From Thermosulfurimonas dismutans (GTDB lineage: Bacteria > Desulfobacterota > Thermodesulfobacteria > Thermodesulfobacteriales > Thermodesulfobacteriaceae), in contig NZ_LWLG01000017.1 in NCBI RefSeq assembly GCF_001652585.1, positions 13,397 through 45,396 on the forward strand: DNA of 32,000 bases, read 5' to 3'. Below the pieces are notes generated by a model that worked only from the letters and a program-made list of their open reading frames with translations, ran no database searches and was not told the origin of the DNA. Made by a program: the position numbers and the translations under genes. Numbering within the stretch: position 1 is the first letter of the stretch; the number at the start of each line of letters is the position of its first letter. This document shows, in pieces, positions 13,781 through 21,678 of the stretch.

Positions 13781-16700
13781 TTCCATATCTCTCCGATTTC
13801 CTTGCGGAGATCCTTCATTCTCGCCTGCCATTCAGCTACCTCATCTACGGAATACATATCCACGGCCCCGCCCTGAAAACCGCCTTCGGTCTCTCCTATC
13901 GCATCCTCGAGTCGTCCTTCGAGCTCAAGGTAAGCGTCTCTCAATTTTTCAAGTAAACCAGCCTCCGGCCTCCAGAGACCTCTCTTCTCGGCCTCAAGTA
14001 GCCTTCGGGCGATTTCTTCCAGGGCGTAAGGGTTGTGTTTCATAAAGAAATCCCGATTTTCTTTGTCTACGACAAATTTACGGGTAATTTCGTCGAAGAT
14101 CCAGTCGTCAACCTCGCCGGTGGTGGCCTGCCAGCCGAATAGGCGTCCGATGCGTTTGGAGATCTCCGCCGCTCCCTTGTAGCCGTGTTGCTTCATGCCT
14201 TCTATCCAGCGCGGATTCAAGAGTTTAGCCCTTGCCACCCGCCGGATTTCATCGGCAAGGTCACGAACCGCAACCGCCGCCCTCTCCCTGGTATCACCGT
14301 AGTAGGCCTTTACCTTTTTCCCGGAGAGTTCCCTTGCGGCCACCGTAAGTCCGCCGTGGGTACCGAAGTAGCAGCAGCAACCGAAAAGATCGTATTCATC
14401 GGTGAAGGAATTGTTGAAGGTCGCCTCTACCGTGCGCAGGCCTTCGGCAAATTCCCGGTGGGCCTTCTCTCCGAAGACGCCTTTTCCGTAGGCGTAGCCG
14501 TTCCAGTATAGGAAGACCTCGGCGAGATCCTTCTCAGTCTTCCAGGCCGAGGCGTAAACCGCAAGGTTCACCCCGGACTGGTAGGTACCCGGAGGAGAGG
14601 CGAAGATCCGAAAGGTGGCCCTGCGGAAGGCGTCCTTTTTGCCTCCCAACTTTTCAAGCCGTTCCAGGGTGTGCTTGCGCACAAAGTTCATCTCCAGGGG
14701 TTCCTCAAGCTCCGCCACCAGGCACACAGCCTCGTCCACCAGCTCCAGACATCGAGAAAAATTGTCCCGGGTGATTCCGGAAACCCTTACCGTGACATCT
14801 ATGCGGGGGCGACCGAGTTCGTGAAGCGGGATGACCTCAAGCCCTTTTACCCGGCCGTTGGGGAGCCATACCGGTCTTACCCCCAGTAAGTAAAGTATCT
14901 GGCTCATGACCTCCCCTTCGCTCCACATGATGTCCGTGCACATCCAGTAAAAAGCTACGTTTTCGGGGAGCCGCCCCTCGTCTTTCCGGAATTTCTCAAG
15001 GAGGGCCTCGGCCAGCTTGACGCCCACGGCGTAGGCCGCTTTCGTGGGAACCCTTTCAGGATCAAGGGAGTAAAAATTTCTTCCGGTAGGAAGAATGTCA
15101 TCCCGGCCGCGGGTTATGAGCCCGGAGGGCCCGGGAGGGATGTAGCCTCCGGAAATCCCGTAAAGTAAAGCCCCCATCTCGTCCGAGGCCTCTATGCGGC
15201 TTCTAAGATCCTTTATCCGGGAGGCCAGCTTTTCCAGGTGTTCCATAGGAACCCTCTCTACAGCCTCCTTTCCGCAGAGACGGACGAGAACTTCTCTGGC
15301 CTTTTCCCCCTCAAGGACGCCGCGGACGAATTTTCCGGATAGTTTCTCCACCCGCTCAAGGAGCCGACCTTTGGTGGGATCATTCAGGAGATCCTCCAGC
15401 CGAAAACCCAGAGCCCGGGCCATTACCCGCCGAAGATCCGAAGGCTCCCCAGAATCGTAGCGCAGAACGGCTCGTATAAATTCGGCCAGTTTTTCGCCTC
15501 GGGGAATCTCTCCAAAGATGTGCATACCTTTGGGCACCTGGGTACTTCGCAGGCGGGTTAGGGCCTCGTGAATGCGGCGGATAAACTCCTCCGGCTCAGT
15601 CTCCTTCGAGGGTTTCACCTCTCGGTCAAGACCGGTTTTCCGAACAAGGTCAACCAGACGGTGAAGTATCTCGTGGGCCCGTGCTGGACTTCCGGCAGCC
15701 GCCTTTTCGTATTCCTCAAGGAGTCGATCCAGCTCAAGATAACCCTCATAAAGCTCTCCGGCCTCAAGTACCGTCTGCAGGTGATCTACCAGAACGGCAT
15801 AACTTCGCCGTTTGGCGATAGTGCCCTCCGGGGGGTTATCAGAATTATAAATGTAAAGATGGGGCCGTTCGTGAATGGAGAGATCCGGAAAACAGGCCGC
15901 AGAGAGCCCTACCCCCTTTCCCGGAAGAAATTCCAGATTGCCGTGGGTGCCCACATGGATGATCACATCCGCCCCGAAGACCCTCTCGAGCCAGCGGTAG
16001 GTGGCCACATACTGGTGGGGAGGGGGAACCTCGGGGTCGTGGAGGATCTTGCATACCTTCCCATCACAACGCGGCCCGGCACAGCCCCGCTTGGGTTGAA
16101 CGCAGACCACCGCGTTTCCGAAACGAAGCCCGGTAACCACGATCTTTCCATCATGGACCATGGCCGCGGGTACACCGTTCTTCTCCTCCCCCGGAGGGTC
16201 TCCCCAAGCCTCTCTCATCCGCAGGCGAACTCCTTCCGGGAATTCCTCCCACCAGGGGAGGTATTCCTCAAGCGGGACCATAGCCAGGGCGCCTCCCTTT
16301 TTCACAATTTCCTCCACCGTGGTCCACCGGAACTCCGAAATAGCCTTCCTTTTGAGGATCAGATCAATCAATTCCTTTCCGTTTTCGGGCTCTCCCTCAA
16401 CACGATAGCCCTCCAGTTTGAGACGTTTCAGGATCCGGGCCACACTCTCAAGGGTATCCAAATGGGCCCCGGACCCCACCGTGGCCTCCACCGAGGCACA
16501 GGGGTTATTGTGCAACACGAAGACCACCCGGCGTTCCGCAGGAGGTTTGCGACGAAGTTCAATCCAGGCCTTGACCCTCTTTACCAGCCTCTGAACCCTC
16601 TCCCTCACCGGGACTCGACGTTCCAAAACGGCCCCGGTCAAGGGATCCTCTTCCCTTTTCATAGCACCAATGAAAAGGGGCTCTATGACTCCCTCAAATT

Positions 16701-17634
16701 CCGGAAGGGCTACCGACCAGGCGACCTCTGCTGAAAGTCCCTGGGGATCCTCTTCCCACTCGCTCACCGTGCGATAGTAAGCCACTACCGGCTGAAATAC
16801 CGGAACTCCAAGCCGGCGAAGGACCTCCACCCCGGAGGTAGAAACCGAAGGATCCGAAAGGTCCTTCTCCCGGGTACTTCCCAGGAAGAAAAGGATAAGT
16901 TTGATCAGGGCCTCTATTCGGGGAAGCCCATCGGCCAGCAGAAATTTTCTTATCGCCTCCCCCGGACCCTCGCTTCCGAGACTCTCGTCCTTTACGCTAT
17001 AGCTGAACACCGGTACAACCCCAAGCCCCTGAGCCTCAAATTCCTCTATCAAAGCCCTCTCCACCTCCATTTCCCCGTTTACCCAGTTGTGACGAGAGTA
17101 AAGGATCCCTACAAGGGGAGTTTTCGGGGAGGGCCGGTACCACGCGAGGTATTCCCCGGTGTCGGTAAAGACTTTAGGGGCCCGAGGGTGATATATACCG
17201 GCCATAGGAAGGGGCTCGGGGTCCCGATGGGAAACATCGAGGCCCCCGAGCCCGGAGGCTAGATATAGGAGGAGGTTGGCAAAGTTTTCTTCCCCTCCAT
17301 AGATAACATAGCGCAGGGCCTTCTGGACCACCTCCGGAGAGACATTAGAAAGTGTTAAATAAGTGGGATCGTATCCCAGGGATACCAGGGGACGGGTTTT
17401 CCCCAGCTCGGCAAGGCGAGGAAGCATCTCCTCCCAGAAAGAATCCCCGGAGCGGTAAAGGAGGATAATATCCGCCTGGGCAAGCTCGAGAAGGGCCTCC
17501 TCCCTCTTTTCGGGATGGGTCTCGAGGGTGCGGGAAGAGAAAATCCTGACCTCAAGGCCCAGATCCCTGAGTCTTGCAGCGGCTCTTACAAGGACGGGAA
17601 CATAACTAGCCCATAAAATGGCCCCGATTTTCAT
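13777..17634 (-). CDS. cobN: CobN/ChlH-family large chelatase subunit (about 1285 aa)
   Basis: Length and motifs are typical of CobN/Mg-chelatase H (HVGTHGNLEFLPGK, DNPPEG, YGDT..., PRWIEGMKQHGYKGAAEI). The start at 17634 (MKIGAILW) follows a GGAGGTG RBS. The ORF-track start at 17727 would add 31 unlikely residues. Confidence 0.92.
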   Translation of the reverse strand: MKIGAILWASYVPVLVRAAARLRDLGLEVRIFSSRTLETHPEKREEALLELAQADIILLYRSGDSFWEEMLPRLAELGKTRPLVSLGYDPTYLTLSNVSPEVVQKALRYVIYGGEENFANLLLYLASGLGGLDVSHRDPEPLPMAGIYHPRAPKVFTDTGEYLAWYRPSPKTPLVGILYSRHNWVNGEMEVERALIEEFEAQGLGVVPVFSYSVKDESLGSEGPGEAIRKFLLADGLPRIEALIKLILFFLGSTREKDLSDPSVSTSGVEVLRRLGVPVFQPVVAYYRTVSEWEEDPQGLSAEVAWSVALPEFEGVIEPLFIGAMKREEDPLTGAVLERRVPVRERVQRLVKRVKAWIELRRKPPAERRVVFVLHNNPCASVEATVGSGAHLDTLESVARILKRLKLEGYRVEGEPENGKELIDLILKRKAISEFRWTTVEEIVKKGGALAMVPLEEYLPWWEEFPEGVRLRMREAWGDPPGEEKNGVPAAMVHDGKIVVTGLRFGNAVVCVQPKRGCAGPRCDGKVCKILHDPEVPPPHQYVATYRWLERVFGADVIIHVGTHGNLEFLPGKGVGLSAACFPDLSIHERPHLYIYNSDNPPEGTIAKRRSYAVLVDHLQTVLEAGELYEGYLELDRLLEEYEKAAAGSPARAHEILHRLVDLVRKTGLDREVKPSKETEPEEFIRRIHEALTRLRSTQVPKGMHIFGEIPRGEKLAEFIRAVLRYDSGEPSDLRRVMARALGFRLEDLLNDPTKGRLLERVEKLSGKFVRGVLEGEKAREVLVRLCGKEAVERVPMEHLEKLASRIKDLRSRIEASDEMGALLYGISGGYIPPGPSGLITRGRDDILPTGRNFYSLDPERVPTKAAYAVGVKLAEALLEKFRKDEGRLPENVAFYWMCTDIMWSEGEVMSQILYLLGVRPVWLPNGRVKGLEVIPLHELGRPRIDVTVRVSGITRDNFSRCLELVDEAVCLVAELEEPLEMNFVRKHTLERLEKLGGKKDAFRRATFRIFASPPGTYQSGVNLAVYASAWKTEKDLAEVFLYWNGYAYGKGVFGEKAHREFAEGLRTVEATFNNSFTDEYDLFGCCCYFGTHGGLTVAARELSGKKVKAYYGDTRERAAVAVRDLADEIRRVARAKLLNPRWIEGMKQHGYKGAAEISKRIGRLFGWQATTGEVDDWIFDEITRKFVVDKENRDFFMKHNPYALEEIARRLLEAEKRGLWRPEAGLLEKLRDAYLELEGRLEDAIGETEGGFQGGAVDMYSVDEVAEWQARMKDLRKEIGEIWK

Positions 17635-18421
17635 GGTTTTCACCTCCGAGAGGATTTCCCGGGAAGGCTCCAGTGAGGGATACCAAGGGATAGCCACGAA
17701 AATAGAGGATCTCAAGGGGAATCTCATAGAGTTCTTCTAAAAGTTCCTGAGCCCTAGGATGTTTCCGGGGGTTCATCTCCGCAAGTATCCGTCCCTTTTT
17801 GATAAGGACTACCCGATCGGCAAAACCGAAGGCCAGATTTGGGTCGTGAAGGGTGGCTACCACTGTAAGCCCCCTTTCTCCGGCGAGTCTGTGGACGGTG
17901 GTGAGGACTTCGATCTGGTGTTTCAGGTCCAGATTGGCGGTAGGTTCGTCAAGAAGAAAGATCGGAGCCTCCTGAAGTAGGGCCCTCGCGAAAAGCACCA
18001 GCTGGCGCTCACCGCCGGAAAGATCCGTAAGGCGACGGCGGACAAGGGCCTCAAGTCCTAGACTTCGGAGCACTTCCCGGGCCTTGATCTCATCCCTTTT
18101 TCCAGGACGAGAGAGAAATCCGAGATGAGGAGTGCGTCCCAGCAGGACAAATTCTAGCACGGTATAGGGAAAGACCGGATGATAGGACTGGGGAACATAG
18201 GCCAGGAGACGGGCCCTCTCTTTGTAGGTAAGGTGTTTCAGGGGCCGCCCGCAAACGAGAACCTCGCCCCTCGTCGGGGTATAGAGCCCCAGAAGGCATT
18301 TCAACAAAGTAGTTTTCCCGGCTCCATTAGGTCCGAGAAGGACCACAAATTCCCCCTTGTGCAGGGTCAAATTCACTTCCTGAAGAATCTGGGCGAAGGA
18401 GAGGTCACGGACCTCAAGCAT
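17606..18421 (-). CDS. ABC importer ATPase (FepC/BtuD/FecE type)
   Basis: The sequence carries Walker A GPNGAGKTT, the signature LSGGERQ and Walker B IFLLDEPT. It overlaps the permease gene upstream and cobN downstream. Confidence 0.9.
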   Translation of the reverse strand: MLEVRDLSFAQILQEVNLTLHKGEFVVLLGPNGAGKTTLLKCLLGLYTPTRGEVLVCGRPLKHLTYKERARLLAYVPQSYHPVFPYTVLEFVLLGRTPHLGFLSRPGKRDEIKAREVLRSLGLEALVRRRLTDLSGGERQLVLFARALLQEAPIFLLDEPTANLDLKHQIEVLTTVHRLAGERGLTVVATLHDPNLAFGFADRVVLIKKGRILAEMNPRKHPRAQELLEELYEIPLEILYFRGYPLVSLTGAFPGNPLGGENHENRGHFMG

Positions 18422-19448
18422 ACTCCCAGCCCCCGGTCCGTTGTTGTTTGAGGAGATAGATAAAAAAAGGAATACCGGTGAGAGAGGTAATGATGCCTAC
18501 CGGGAGATCAAAGGCGGTAAGCGTACGGGCCAGAGTGTCAGAAACCACCAAGAGGCCTGCTCCGGTACACATGGAAAGGGGAATCAGCCGTCGATGGTCC
18601 GGTCCTACCGAGAGCCGAACCAGGTGGGGCACCATCAATCCCACCCAGCCCACAATACCGGCTGCGGCCACACCGGCCCCCACCACTAGGGCCGCAAGGC
18701 CCATAACGGCAGCCCTTTCCTTCTCCACCGAGACTCCCAGGCTTCTGGCCTCGTCCTCCGGAAGGGAAAGGAGATTTAGCCGGAATCTCAGCAGATATAG
18801 CCCTGCAAGGCCTAGGGCCACGGGTGGAAAGGTTTGCTTGACGACCTCCCAGGTGCTCAAAGCGAAGCTTCCCATCATCCAGGTCACGATTTCGGCCATG
18901 CGGTGCGGATCCACCATGAATTTTATGAGGGAGACCAGGGCCATGAGCCCGGCGGAGACGATAATCCCGGAGAGAATTAGACTTATACGGGAGACCTCTC
19001 CAGATAGCCGGGCTACCCCATAGGTCAGAAAAGCGGCCAGATAAGCGAAAAGAAAGGCCGCCAGCGATACCGGTACCCGCGGCAACCAAGCCACGGCCAC
19101 CGCACACCCCAGCGCTCCCCCGGCGGAAAGACCTAAGAGATAAGGATCTACCAACGGATTACGAAAGACGGCTTGAAGGGCCGCCCCGGAGGAGGCCAGA
19201 GCCGCCCCTACCAGGGCCGCGAGCAGGACCCTAGGGGTTCGGATCTCCCAAAAAATATTTAAAATTCCGGGACTTATTCCGGAATCTCCCTCCCAGAGTT
19301 TTACCCAGAGGACCTTGAGAGCCAAACCGGGTTTAAAACCCGCCGGTCCCAGGGAAAGAGAGAGATAAATCGCCAGGATACTTGCCGTTACAATGAAGGC
19401 CTCCTTCCGCCAAAGGCCTTTTGGGGAAGGGAGGATTTTAGATGGCAT
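18414..19448 (-). CDS. ABC importer permease (FecCD/BtuC family)
   Basis: This 344 aa polytopic membrane protein has a sequence pattern typical of FecCD (PRVLLAALVGAALASSGAALQAVFRNPLVDPYLLGLSAGGALG ... GIPFFIYLL). Confidence 0.88.
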   Translation of the reverse strand: MPSKILPSPKGLWRKEAFIVTASILAIYLSLSLGPAGFKPGLALKVLWVKLWEGDSGISPGILNIFWEIRTPRVLLAALVGAALASSGAALQAVFRNPLVDPYLLGLSAGGALGCAVAVAWLPRVPVSLAAFLFAYLAAFLTYGVARLSGEVSRISLILSGIIVSAGLMALVSLIKFMVDPHRMAEIVTWMMGSFALSTWEVVKQTFPPVALGLAGLYLLRFRLNLLSLPEDEARSLGVSVEKERAAVMGLAALVVGAGVAAAGIVGWVGLMVPHLVRLSVGPDHRRLIPLSMCTGAGLLVVSDTLARTLTAFDLPVGIITSLTGIPFFIYLLKQQRTGGWEYA

Positions 19449-20406
19449 TCCTGTTGAACCTCTCTACTAGGGTCTTGAAAGAAATCCCGCGAAACCTTTC
19501 GGGATAGATCTTCATGGCCACCCACAGGGTTATCAGAGCCACCCTAGGCGACCAGGTGGACCAGGCAGGGGCCTTGTAGACGGCTCCGTGTTTTACGGCC
19601 GCAACCGCGGCCAGCCTCCGGTCCTGGAGGATGTCCTCCGCTCCGTAGGAGGCGTTTCCCCAAATGAAAATGACCTCCGGGTCCCAAAGGACAATCCTTT
19701 CGGGAGAGACCCTGGGATAGGGATGATCTAGGGCCTCGGCACAATTTTTCCCGCCGGCAAGGCGCAAAATGTCCGCCACCACCCCTCTTCCGCCGGCCAC
19801 CTGGCAGTGACAATGGTCCCCCCAGAGCCAGAGGACCCGTTTCTTTTCGTTTTCCCTGAGGTCCGAAAGACGTTTATCGATAAGTGAGAAGACCTCCTCC
19901 ATGGCCCGGTTCACTCGTAGGAGACGTTCCTCTTTGCCAAAGAGTTCGGCCAGAAGCCTCATGGTAGAGCGCAGATCCTTCAGGCTCTCCGGAGAGATGG
20001 CGATAATCGCCGTTTGATTTCTCTGACCGAACTCCTCAAGGACCTTAAGGGTTTCCGGGCGATAGGTCCAGGTAACGATGAGATCCGGGGAAAAGAGGGC
20101 CAGGGCCTCCAGATTCGCCTGGGTAGCCGTTCCCACCGAAGGAATCTCCTTTAGCCTTTCTGCGCCGACTTCTTTAAGGAGATCACTATATCGTTTGGCC
20201 CAGAGGCTAATCCCTACCGTCTGGTCCCAGAGATCGAGATAGGGAATGAGCTCGTAGCCAATGAGGAAAACCGCCCTCCTTACCGGAACCCGCACCTCAA
20301 CCTTGCGACCGGAAGCATCTCTGACCACTAGGGTGCGCGGGGCAGCCAGAGCAACCTCAAGGCCCAACAAAATAATTATGAAAAGAAGCGCGAGCCTCAC
20401 CTTCAT
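19438..20406 (-). CDS. Periplasmic substrate-binding protein (BtuF/FepB class, for cobalamin, haem or siderophore-type ligands)
   Basis: A signal peptide (MKVRLALLFIIILLGLEVALA) is followed by PDLIV and EVIFIW motifs typical of cluster A/class III SBPs. The gene sits in an operon with FecCD/FepC-type partners. Confidence 0.8.
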   Translation of the reverse strand: MKVRLALLFIIILLGLEVALAAPRTLVVRDASGRKVEVRVPVRRAVFLIGYELIPYLDLWDQTVGISLWAKRYSDLLKEVGAERLKEIPSVGTATQANLEALALFSPDLIVTWTYRPETLKVLEEFGQRNQTAIIAISPESLKDLRSTMRLLAELFGKEERLLRVNRAMEEVFSLIDKRLSDLRENEKKRVLWLWGDHCHCQVAGGRGVVADILRLAGGKNCAEALDHPYPRVSPERIVLWDPEVIFIWGNASYGAEDILQDRRLAAVAAVKHGAVYKAPAWSTWSPRVALITLWVAMKIYPERFRGISFKTLVERFNRNAI

Positions 20407-21209
20407 GACAGCATGTCCTTCTCAAGGATACGGCTCTGAATACCTTGGAGGATGTGGACCAACTCCTCCCGGATTTCTCCGGACAGAGGAAGCCTCTCGC
20501 CCCTAAGAGAGGCTGCGGTGAACTCCGGTCTCACCCAGAACCTTCCTAAAACCGGAAGATGCCTCTTCCCGATCTCCTCTTCCACAATGGCCTCGGCCTC
20601 GGGGGTAAGCCGGTTCAAAACCACTCCCATAAAACGAGCTCCGGAGCCGGTCGCAAGGTCCCTGATCCTTTCGGCGAGCATCACCGACTCTAAGGAGGGT
20701 TCAACTACTGCAAGCACCCCATCTACCGCGGTCTCAAGCCCCCTTCCGAAGTGTTCCACCCCGGCCTCGGTATCCACCAGCACGATCTCTCCGGAAGGAG
20801 TTTCAAGCCGCTTCATGAACTCCCTGGCCACTACTCCCATCGGGCAAGCGCAACCCTCTCGGGCCTCAACGACTTTCCCTACCACTACCAGCAGGCAGTT
20901 ACCCCTCTGCCGCCGAAAGTCCTTCGGGATATCCTCAGGAAAGATCCTCTCCTTTTCAAAAAGACTCACCTCCTCTTTTCCTTCCCGGATTTTCCGCCTC
21001 AGCTTTTCTCGGACGGAATCCTTGCCTCCCAGAAGATCCATTAGGGTGCGGGGAGGACTCTCAAAACCGAGCAGCCGGTGAAGCCCGGGATTGGATTCAT
21101 CCGCATCCACTACCAGCACCCCCCGGTTTTGTTCTGCTAAAAACTCGGCCAATAAGGCGGTAAGAGTGCTCTTACCGCTTCCTCCCTTACCACAAATTAC
21201 AATCTTCAT
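20403..21209 (-). CDS. CooC/MinD/ParA-family P-loop ATPase with a CxC metal motif (CooC-like metallochaperone)
   Basis: It has a deviant Walker A (ICGKGGSGKST), a VVDADESNPG motif, and REGCACPMG, a C-x-C like the Ni-binding motif of CooC. Confidence 0.7.
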   Translation of the reverse strand: MKIVICGKGGSGKSTLTALLAEFLAEQNRGVLVVDADESNPGLHRLLGFESPPRTLMDLLGGKDSVREKLRRKIREGKEEVSLFEKERIFPEDIPKDFRRQRGNCLLVVVGKVVEAREGCACPMGVVAREFMKRLETPSGEIVLVDTEAGVEHFGRGLETAVDGVLAVVEPSLESVMLAERIRDLATGSGARFMGVVLNRLTPEAEAIVEEEIGKRHLPVLGRFWVRPEFTAASLRGERLPLSGEIREELVHILQGIQSRILEKDMLS

Positions 21210-21660
21210 AATTACCCCCCTCCTTCCCCGAAATTCGGAAAAGTCTATAGGTTGGAGCCGAAAGTATTTCTTCTATCCAATTTTTAAAAAGAAGAAGGTA
21301 CTCCTCCTTTTCCTGAAGAGTTATGATCTGGCGCAAGATCTTACTCTCAAGGTCCCGTAATTTTTCGGGCGCTCGGACAAAGGCCCTTCTTGTCCGGAGG
21401 AAAAGAAGATTTTCCCCGCGAGCGTTGAGGAGACTGTAAACCTCTTCATCCATATCCTCGGAAAAGGCAGGAAATCCCATCAATTCCAGAGCCCTTGCGG
21501 CACAGCCCCGGTTATAGGCACACACGGAAAAATCCTCTAAGGACCTTTCCAGGATATAGGTCCTGAATACGAGACCCACCCTCCAGCCTATGGCCAGGTA
21601 AGGGCAGAGATGACCGTGTCTATGGACAATGGTTTTGAGTTCAAGATCTAAGAAAAGCAT
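21187..21660 (-). CDS. FmdE/FwdE-domain protein
   Basis: The N-terminal HRHGHLCPYLAIGWRVG matches the HGH-x-CP-x-x-x-x-G-x-R signature of FmdE-family domains. The product is 157 aa. Confidence 0.6.
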   Translation of the reverse strand: MLFLDLELKTIVHRHGHLCPYLAIGWRVGLVFRTYILERSLEDFSVCAYNRGCAARALELMGFPAFSEDMDEEVYSLLNARGENLLFLRTRRAFVRAPEKLRDLESKILRQIITLQEKEEYLLLFKNWIEEILSAPTYRLFRISGKEGGNYEDCNLW

Positions 21661-21678
21661 CCTTTTTTAATCCCTACC

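Noticed and set aside
15568-16734. A 388 aa plus-strand ORF, and many other 60-180 aa ORFs antisense to cobN, chlD, chlI, the permease, the cooC-like gene and the receptors (e.g. 14185-14511, 18478-19023, 18538-19107, 20452-21081, 23041-23538)
   Set aside because: They lie entirely inside long, well-supported genes on the opposite strand. Their composition is Arg/Pro/Ser/Gly-rich and low in complexity, as is typical of shadow frames in GC-rich DNA. They have no RBS and no recognisable motifs.
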